Origin: an uncultured Actinomycetota bacterium
GTDB taxonomy: Bacteria; Actinomycetota; Actinomycetes; JAFAQI01
Assembly (NCBI GenBank): GCA_963770565.1
Contig: CAVYQE010000002.1
Coordinates: 830,949-894,948 of the forward strand
DNA length: 64,000 nucleotides
Direction: 5' to 3'
Shown here: piece by piece, positions 56,760-64,000 of the stretch
How the letters are laid out: the number at the start of each line of letters is the position of its first letter
Numbering within the stretch: position 1 is the stretch's first letter
Notes under the pieces: generated by a model
Told to the model about the DNA's origin: nothing
Databases searched by the model: none
The model's input: the letters and a program-made list of their open reading frames with translations, nothing else
Program-made: the position numbers and the translations under genes

Positions 56760-57330
56760 TTTAAACCCCTCCCTAATGAAGCCGCTCCATTGAGACCACC
56801 AGCCACTCTCCTCCCCCGCACGGCCCCCCTTCCCACTACCCCCTCCCCTCCTCACTACCCCTCGGAGACTCTCCCGCTCTCAACAACTTTTCCCCCCCTC
56901 TCCCGCGCCCCTCACTCGTCCTTCCGCCGCCAACCGTCCCCCCCCGCCCCTGTCTCCTGTTACCCCCCCCCCCGAACAACCTCCCCTCCCCCCTTAGCCA
57001 GTTGAATCCTATGGCGTTTCGTTTCCCTAGCCCGGCGACCACCGCAACGCTCGATCGCGGGCGGATGAGGTTTCTCTTCAGGTGACAGCCTGATCCAGCC
57101 ACGCCGACCCCTCCTCCATCTGGGTCGCATGCACGTCGCCGAAACTCGCCCACCACCCCCCCCTCCCGCCCACAAACCCACTCGCCCCATTCCGATCCGT
57201 CGAGATATCCTCCACTTCTCGGAACCCAACCTTCATCACCTCACACTATTCTCATTCTCCAAACGTCCCTCGTCGCGCACATAGTGGCCCAGTCGACCCA
57301 TCTCCCCCCCCCCCCCCCCTCCCTCCGGCT
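56760..57330. other. C-rich, G-poor low-complexity stretch (probable low-quality sequence)
   Basis: Long C runs (e.g. 57304-57319), extreme strand skew and no credible ORF. Confidence 0.65.
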
Positions 57331-57596
57331 TCTTGCCGCTGATCGCAGGCGCCGAAACGGTCATGCCCGTGTGCGGAGTGCCAGAACATCGAACTCGCGG
57401 GCTCGCCAGCCGCCGCTCTGAAGGCGCTCTCGGGTCTGAGAGCAAGGAAGATCACAAGCGGCGCCGTGGCTGTACCGATCCGTCCGAACCGGCTTCCCAG
57501 CCGGGATCGCTCCTCTAGCGCGGATCAGCGGGCCATAAACGCAGAGCCAGGGCTGAGGTCAGTCCGAGAGGCCGAGGGCCGGTATCGACCCCATAC

Positions 57597-57648
57597 GTGC
57601 CGTTCTTCGACGCTCGATCGTCGCGCACTTCGTGCACGTGATCCGGCG
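57597..57648. repeat. 52-bp direct repeat, copy 2
   Basis: Immediately followed by TAGCGT-N6-ATG of the VOC gene. Confidence 0.9.
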
Positions 57649-57660
57649 TAGCGTGCGCGA

Positions 57661-58047
57661 ATGGCACGCCTTGCTGACATCGTGTTCGACTGCGAACATC
57701 CCGCCTCGCTGGCGCGGTGGTGGGCCGCGGCGCTCGATGGCTACCGGGTCGCTGCTTACGACGAAGTTGAACTTGAGCGGTTGCGGGCCCGGGGGGTGTT
57801 CGATCCTGAGGATGACCCGAACGTCTTGGTCGAACCGAAGAGTGGCGAAGGGCCGCGCTTTTGGTTTCAACGGGTGCCAGAGCACAAGGAACATAAGAAC
57901 CGGCTGCACCTCGATCTGCGCGCGGACGACCTCGAAGTTGAGGTGAGCCGCTTCGTTGAAATGGGCGCGACGGAGCTTTACCGACTCGGGACCAACGTGA
58001 CCTTGACGGACCCTGAGGGCAACGAGTTCTGTCTCGGACCGGGCTAG
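57661..58047 (+). CDS. VOC/glyoxalase family protein
   Basis: IVFDCEHPASLARWWAAAL, FQRVPE, KNRLHLDL, DPEGNEFC. Confidence 0.9.
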   Translation: MARLADIVFDCEHPASLARWWAAALDGYRVAAYDEVELERLRARGVFDPEDDPNVLVEPKSGEGPRFWFQRVPEHKEHKNRLHLDLRADDLEVEVSRFVEMGATELYRLGTNVTLTDPEGNEFCLGPG

Positions 58048-58231
58048 CGCGAGGCGATGTCGCGGCCGGTCGGTCCGTTTCAGGGCGCCCGCGAAGTGTG
58101 ATCGCATGTGCTTGCCGGCGTTCACACTGTCGCTATTCGTCTGCGAGGCTGTATTCGACGATCACAACTTGGGATCGGGACGGCGGGCATTGCATCGGAG
58201 TTGAGGGCGTGAGGGAGGGAGCGGAAGCGGT

Positions 58232-58882
58232 ATGCGCATCATCGGAGCTGGCCTCGGTCGGACGGGAACCAACTCGCTGAAGCTGGCGCTCGAGCGGCTT
58301 CTTGGTCGCCCGACCTATCACATGATTGAGGTGCAGCGGCATCTTGACCATGTCCCCACCTGGCGCGCAGCCCTGCGCGGCGAGGCCGTCGACTGGGAGC
58401 CGGTCCTCGGCAATTACGCGGCGACTGTGGACTGGCCAGGTGCGGCGGTCTGGCGTGAGCTAGTTGCCGAGAACCCGGAGGCGGTCGTCCTGCTCTCGAC
58501 GAGACGTGACGCGGCCACCTGGCTGGCGAGCGCGCGGGCGACGGTTATGGACAGCTCTGATCGGCTGGAGGACGAGCCCGACATGCCGGGATACATGGCG
58601 ATGGTCCGAGAGATGTACGAGATGTTTGACCCCCTCTGGCGGGATGACGGCGCTGCGATGACTGCTTATCAGCGGCATGCAGCGTCAGTGCGTCGCGAGG
58701 TCCGCGCGGATCGGCTCGTCGAGTGGCAACCGGGCGACGGTTGGGGGCCACTATGCGTCGCGCTCGGCGCGGCGGTGCCGCCAGAGCCTTTCCCACATGT
58801 CAACTCAACAGAGGAATACCGCGCGCGGCTCAGTCAGATCGAGAGCCGGCTGGCTGCTTCGGGAGACACCATCCACGAATGA
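58232..58882 (+). CDS. Sulfotransferase-like P-loop protein
   Basis: IIGAGLGRTGTNSLKLALERL, YHM, ATVDWP, GDGWGPLC, PFPHVNS. Confidence 0.85.
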   Translation: MRIIGAGLGRTGTNSLKLALERLLGRPTYHMIEVQRHLDHVPTWRAALRGEAVDWEPVLGNYAATVDWPGAAVWRELVAENPEAVVLLSTRRDAATWLASARATVMDSSDRLEDEPDMPGYMAMVREMYEMFDPLWRDDGAAMTAYQRHAASVRREVRADRLVEWQPGDGWGPLCVALGAAVPPEPFPHVNSTEEYRARLSQIESRLAASGDTIHE

Positions 58883-59593
58883 TCGCCATACAGGTGCCGA
58901 CATGGTCACCGGCTCGCGCGAATTGTCATCGAGCTGGTCGTTCTCGATCGTTCGCGTCTCTCTCGACGCGACGGTCTGGGAGGCCGCTATGTTCGGCCGT
59001 GCTGACCCGGGAGGTTGATGTGCGGATCCGAGTCTGTAACCAGTGTCGCTGTCATCGCTCGGACGCGCCAGCGAGCCGCGCGGGCTACATGGAGGCTCTC
59101 GGGCTGGCCCTCAAGCAGCTGGACGGTAGCTCCCTGCTGCCGGCGCGCGCGCGCGCCCGCGCGCGCGCAGTCCTGCGGGTGCAATCACTTCGGAGTGTGG
59201 CCCATGGAACGAGCTACCGCGAGGCTCCTTCGGCTAACGGTGGTGTAGCAGGAGGGGCATAGCAAGACCTCAGGTGAGCGTGGAGTTTGAGCTGGCATCT
59301 GCGCGGCCAGGGCTGTGAGCGACGGCGTGCGGGAATTGCGGTCCCGTGGATACGAGATGCTGCACAATGCCAAGGTCAGAACCGTGGGGAACGGAGCGGC
59401 GCACGTATTCATCACCCGGAAGGCGCCGTCTTGGGCTCTCGTACGCCCCGTCGCTGCACGAGCATGCTGGACATGACGAACGCGATGCACGGCGGGTAGT
59501 GCCGGTTCGCGAGGGCGGCTGGGTTTGGTCGTGACGCAATCAAAACCGCGCTGAGCCGGCGTAAACGATCCTGGGCTGCGGCAGACTTCCAGC

Positions 59594-60422
59594 ATGTCGC
59601 TGTGGGATGTCAGCCGTCCGCAAGTCATCTGCGGTCGCTCGCCACTGCTTGCAGCGGCAGGGTTTGCTGCGCTTGCTGGCCGGGATGACGCCGTTGCCGA
59701 GTGGCTCAGCGCGAACTGCCATTCCGGGATGGACGGTCAAAGACATCGCGCTTCATTTGCTCGACGATGACCTGACATGACCTGGCTTTCTCAGGAGCGT
59801 GATGGCGAACTTAGCGGGCAGATCAACATGTCAGATCGTCGGATCTTTCCGAGGTGCTCGCAGAGAAGAACCAACGGTGGGTAGACGCGGCTCGGGTGAT
59901 GAGCCGACGCGTGGTCGAGGACCTGCCGCAGTGGAGTGGCGAGCAAGTCGACGCGCTTCACGCGGGCCGGGACCTACTTGACGAAGGCTGGGTCTCATGG
60001 GCCAGCGACGAGCCGGTGCCCTACTGGTTCAACCTGGCGCAGGAGTTCACCGAGCGTTGGGTCCATCAACAGCAGATGAGAGAGGCCGTGGACCGCGTGG
60101 AGGACCACGACGTGACCCTTCCGGACGTGCTACGTACCTTCTATTTGGGCCTTCCCTCACCAATTCCGCGGTGCCGTCGGGGCGCGCGTGATCCGAATGA
60201 GGATCGACCCCCTGGGCGACTGGACGCTCAGCGCCACGGACGACGGCGGCTGGAACCTCTCCACAGGATCGCCCGGCAGTGCAGATGCCCGTTTGCATCT
60301 GACGGCTGATGCGGCGTGGCGCATGCTTACCGGCGCCGAGGTGCCTGCAGCGTCGATTACGGCAGAAGGTGACGCCGCCATCGTCGAGGCGCTCGAGCAT
60401 GGTGCGCGCAATCATCGTGTAA
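59594..60422 (+). pseudogene. Maleylpyruvate isomerase N-terminal (DinB-like) domain protein, several frameshifts
   Basis: PGWTVKDIALHLLDDDL, EFTERWVHQQQMREAV and DAAWRMLTG fragments in different frames; ends RAIIV*. Confidence 0.7.
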
Positions 60423-60769
60423 GTGATGCCGGTCCAGATCTGTCGGATTCGCCGCGACAGCCGAGCGCCAGTGCAAGTTCTGCTCAAGGCCGCTCGAGGA
60501 ACAGAAGTGCCGTTTACCTATGCCGACCGTCCGCCTGTCAAGGGTTTGTGTTCTTTTCGTTCTTGTTCTTCGGCGTCGTTCTCGCAGGCGCGTTCCTTCT
60601 GGCGGGCGGAAACGGGGTCAAGGTGGAGCGCCCTACTGGACGAACGACCTTGACGCCGGCGCCGCCCGCCAGATTGTTGTGCGCTGAGAAGAACGCCAGG
60701 TGTTTGTTCGTTAGCGCATGGCGTGTCCTCACCGGTCGTGGGTCTGATTGTGTCGACGGTTGACGGTGA

Positions 60770-61005
60770 GAGCGCCGCGGGCGCCCCAGGCTTACCTTGG
60801 CGCGCGGGCGCATCGTGTCGCCCGGTCACAAGAGGAGTGATGGGGTGCCCCGCGACGGGCATGAGGGTGCGGCCGTTCAATCTAGTACGGGTCGTCCAGC
60901 CGGGGCTGGCGAACAACGGCATATTGGGAGTTGGTCGGCGCACGGTCCCTAAGGTCCTCGGTGGTGGGCTGGTAGGCGGACACGGTCACCGTCCCTCGTC
61001 GTTGG
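60770..61005 (-). ncRNA. Candidate IS1111 bridge/seek RNA
   Basis: Non-coding, structured-looking region 3' of the transposase with short matches to the target flank (TGCCGTT) and to the circle junction (CCATC, AGGTA); boundaries approximate. Confidence 0.55.
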
Positions 61006-61009
61006 TTTG

Positions 61010-62044
61010 CTAGGTGGGAATCTCGATCCAGGCCTGGTCGCCGAGCGCACGTAGCCGGTGGTGACAGCGGCGTGCGAGTTTACGGGCGACCGACAGCCGC
61101 GCTCGACCGCCACCGATGCGATGAGCCAATCGCAGGTAGTAGCCGTTGTCCGGGCTGGTCTTCTTGTGGGCATGCAGCGCGCCCTCATAAAGCGCCCAGC
61201 GCAGCACTGGTGGTCCTTGGCGGGTGAGCCTCGGGCGGCCACGGTTCTTGCCGTCGGAGTCATAGACGGAGATGTCCAGTCCGGCGTGACGCACCGCTTG
61301 TCTAGACGCGGAGAACCGGCGGGTGTCGCCGAGTTCTTCCCAGACCATCGTGGCGAGCAGCGCACCCAACCCGTACTCATGAGACAGCTCCCGCGGTCCG
61401 GGATGACGGCGACCAAACGCGGTGAGCTCCGCGCGCAGCGGCACCAGATCGGCGTCGATCGCCGCGATCATCCGCACCGCCACGTCAACAGCCTGCGCGC
61501 CGGCCGGGGACAGGTCCGGATCGTCAAGCCCGATCTGCACCCGGTCTCCTCGCAACAGCTTGCCGTCAGGCTTGGGCACGCCCTGATGAAAGAAAGTGGC
61601 ATGAGAATTAGTTTGCTGCCATGCCTGCTTGCCCTGGACCAAATCCAGATACAGCCGGACCTTCTCCCGGATCTCCAGGACCTGCCGCGGCGGGATCCAC
61701 GAGTCGTGGATCTCACCCTTCTCCAGTTGCTCCCGAAGCTTCCGTGCATCGATCCGGTCAGTCTTCGCCCCACTGCTTACGGCTTCGTGCACCGGCCACC
61801 TCGGCCGGATCAGCGACATGCACCTCGGCGCCAGCGGCGAGACATTCCTCCGCGATGAACCGCCAACCGGTGCAACCCTCCACCACCAAGCCGACCTTCT
61901 TCTCATCGAACTGAGCGAGCCACTCCGGAAACCGACCCGGTCCGCCGGGCTGATCCGACCCCGCCCAGACTCCCAGTTATCGCAGTCCACCCAATCGAAG
62001 GTGATCTGTTGCCGATGAATGTCCAACGCTCCTACGATCGCCAT
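61010..62044 (-). pseudogene. IS110 family transposase with two compensating frameshifts
   Basis: GALDIH (first D), AKTDRIDA and the C-terminal GLGALLA...GDTRRF...AGL...RQGPPVLRWALYE are in frame; the VVEGCTGWR (E motif) segment ~61770-61920 is in another frame. Confidence 0.85.
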
Positions 62045-62532
62045 ACCCGGACCTCCTCCAGCTCCTGCTGAGGAGACCCGGCCTCACGACCGCAGATCCT
62101 TCTCTGTGCGGAGGGGGTCCGGCATATGCCATCTACTTCACACAGTTGACCCAGCAAGCAAAGCGTGAGTAACGCACCTATAGTCTGCCGCCGACAAGCG
62201 GCGGACGGTGCCGCGGGCAAGAGCGGCGCATATCGTTCAGAGGGTGTCCTTTGCTGCGCTTGCGCCGCTGGTCATTCTTGGTATCGGGATAACCGCGGAC
62301 CTGTGGGGTCTACGCGGACGCGAAGAGGCGTGCAGACTCCGGGAGTCCGGTCGTTTTCGAGGCGGGCACGTTCGTTATCGACACACCCGCCGCATGGGCA
62401 AGCGGGATGCCTGATCCTCTGGATCCTGTTTTTCCCGCTCTATCTCACGTCCCGCGAATAGGCCCATCGCGTGCGGGCAAGTGTCGGCCGCTATGGGCAC
62501 TTCTTGTGACGTTCTTGATAAGGAATGAAGGC

Positions 62533-62945
62533 GTGAACGAGTTTCACATTTCTCGCGGGTGGCTCCGGTTATCCCGGTGGCCAATCTCAAGCGGGCGCTG
62601 CGGCGATATCGCATGCTCGGCTTCTCCTGAGTGCGCTCGTATGGCGGACCGGCCGAGTATGGATACGTCGAGCGAGATGGCGTCGAACTTCATGTGAGCG
62701 AGTCGCCGGATCACGACCGCCATCACGGCGCCGAGGTGTACCTGTTCGTCTCTGATGCTGACGCGGTGTACGCCGCTTGGTTGGCTTCCGGCGTGAAGGG
62801 CCGGTTCATCCGGCCCCACGACCAGGACTACGGCGTTCGCGAGTTCGCTTTCGTCGATCGCGACGGGACGGCGCACCGAGTCGGCTCGCCGCCAACCCAG
62901 AACGGACGAGTCATCGGCCATTCGGGATCGGAACCCGGCGAATAA
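62533..62945 (+). pseudogene. Bleomycin-resistance/VOC family gene with internal stop
   Basis: FSRVAPVIPVANLKRALRRYRMLGFS*VRSYGG...YLFVSDADAVY...DYGVREFAFVDRDG; TGA at 62628. Confidence 0.7.
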
Positions 62946-63017
62946 CGCCGGCTCGCGGCGCTGGCTGTGGACAAGCTCGCGCCTATTGTTCGCTCTTATG
63001 ATCGGATCGTGGTGCGA

Positions 63018-63737
63018 TCAGCGCCGGGGTGGGAGGGCGTCGAACCCCGCGTCGGCCAGCCACTGTCTGGCCCTTCCGGTTCGGGTCTCTGCCGAGTACG
63101 AGTACCAGGAGGAACGCAGGTCGTCGTGGTCATCGAGGACTCGGCGAAAGCGGGAGAAGGCGCCACGGCCATCGATGGCGTCGAGTAGCCGGTCGCGGAG
63201 CGCGGGATCCTGAACTGTCGTGGCGAACTCGCGCATGTCCTCCCACGCCTCGCGCGAACCCTCATTGGGGATGAACAGGTACCGATCCGGATCGTCCTCC
63301 GGGTCCGGTCGCTCCCCGTCGCCCACCCAGTCATCAAGGGCCCCCTCGGGCCAGGCATCGCCGGTGTTGCAATCCAGCACACCGCCGAAGCCCATCTCGA
63401 GAAGGTGTCCTCGAGCAGGTCGGAGACACCGTCGAGGTCGGTGCGGATGCGGCGCCGGCCGGGCGGTAGACCGTCGACGATGGCGAGGAGCAGCTCCGCC
63501 AGCTCAGCGTCGCCGACCCATGACCGTTCAGTGAGTCGCCTCGCGAGGGCCTTGCAGGTGTCCGCGCAGCCGGAGGGGTTGTCCGGAGCGAGCGCCAAGA
63601 TCGTCTCCCCGGCTTCCTGCAAATGCGGCTGCAGTGACTCGGCCTGGACGAGCCCGACAGCGGCATGAGGTTGACCAGGTGGCGGCCGCGATGCGCCATG
63701 ATCCGACCAGATTTCGCGCGCCCTCGTCCGTCGTCAT
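63018..63737 (-). pseudogene. UPF0158 family protein, frameshifted
   Basis: C-part SREAWEDMREFA...LLDAIDGRGAFSRFRRVL...W...ARQWL; N-part (RSWVGDAELAE...DLDGVSDLLE) in another frame, join near 63400. Confidence 0.7.
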
Positions 63738-63942
63738 GAGCCGAGCCTTGCCCAGTCGCCGACCGCCCGCAACTTCGACGTTCTTGGTACGGGTCCCGGG
63801 CCGTCGACCAAGATCGTTGGGCCACATCTGGGCCACGTCTCGTGGCCCAAGGCGGTAAATCAGGGTCTCTGGCGGGCAAGGACGCCGCACTTGTGGAGGC
63901 TCGAAAACCGGCCGTGACCTGCGAAAACACTCCGAAAAAGCC

Positions 63943-63993
63943 TGGAGCGGGTGACGGGAATCGAACCCGCACTGTCAGGTTTGGGGAAGCTGA
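63943..63993 (-). tRNA. tRNA-Gly(CCC) 3' portion (second att copy; runs to window edge, anticodon arm has extra bases)
   Basis: TGGAGCGGGTGACGGGAATCGAACCCGCACTGTCAG identical to 49954-49989, followed by GTTTGGGGAAGCTGA instead of CTTGGGAAGCT. Confidence 0.8.
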
Positions 63994-64000
63994 CAAGTAG

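Larger units (their letters stand above)
60517..62133 (-). mobile_element. IS110 family element, IS1111-type organisation
   Basis: Transposase; imperfect sub-terminal IRs TATGCCGACCGTCCGC (60519) and GCGGAGGGGGTCCGGCATA (62108-62126); TA on both flanks (60515, 62134); outward-facing TTGACA; long 3' non-coding end. Confidence 0.75.
49954..63993. mobile_element. ~14 kb integrative island at tRNA-Gly(CCC)
   Basis: Direct repeats of the tRNA-Gly 3' half at both ends; tyrosine integrase, HicAB, relaxase-helicase remnant and IS110 inside; shared sub-terminal motifs at both ends. Confidence 0.88.

Noticed and set aside
6449-57661. Several leaderless starts (TANNNT 6-8 nt before the start at 7096, 10346, 28457, 50771, 57661) as a novelty
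   Set aside because: Leaderless transcription is common in actinobacteria; used only as supporting evidence for starts.
58900-59590. ORFs and a (GC)n run between the sulfotransferase-like and DinB-like genes
   Set aside because: No recognisable protein motif or consistent codon bias; probably gene debris or noisy sequence.
62628-62630. In-frame TGA as selenocysteine or programmed readthrough
   Set aside because: Position is not a Cys-equivalent site, no SECIS-like stem was recognised, and neighbouring genes carry many errors.

Overview
High-GC actinobacterial chromosome segment. It starts in the conserved ssb-rpsR-rplI-dnaB block. It then runs through metabolic genes: an uncharacterised glycosyltransferase/methyltransferase/prenyltransferase-like cluster, an ECF sigma pair, SPFH/NfeD, 2-oxoacid dehydrogenase E1a/E1b/E2, a FadE5-like acyl-CoA dehydrogenase, a form II coxSLM-DEG cluster, HelD, peptidases, a MoxR/DUF58/transglutaminase triad and an ABC exporter. 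It ends in a ~14 kb integrative island bounded by two tRNA-Gly(CCC) 3' fragments, carrying a tyrosine integrase, HicAB, a truncated MobF relaxase-helicase, small accessory genes and an IS110/IS1111 element. The most notable non-coding signals are: (1) three dispersed copies of an ~85 bp element with a 15-bp palindromic motif at an exact 31-bp period; (2) an IS1111-type element whose long 3' non-coding end contains short segments matching both its own junction and its insertion flank, a candidate bridge/seek RNA; (3) a 3.1 kb integrase-free cassette bounded by an 86-bp duplication of a ferredoxin reductase 3' end; (4) two miniature insertions placed exactly at operon gene junctions that preserve translation signals; (5) 52-bp hairpin repeats among the island cargo genes. 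From ~56.7 kb onward, many frameshifts and a C-rich stretch suggest low sequence quality or decay, so base-level claims there are provisional. All product calls come from motif recognition by eye; no database searches were run.
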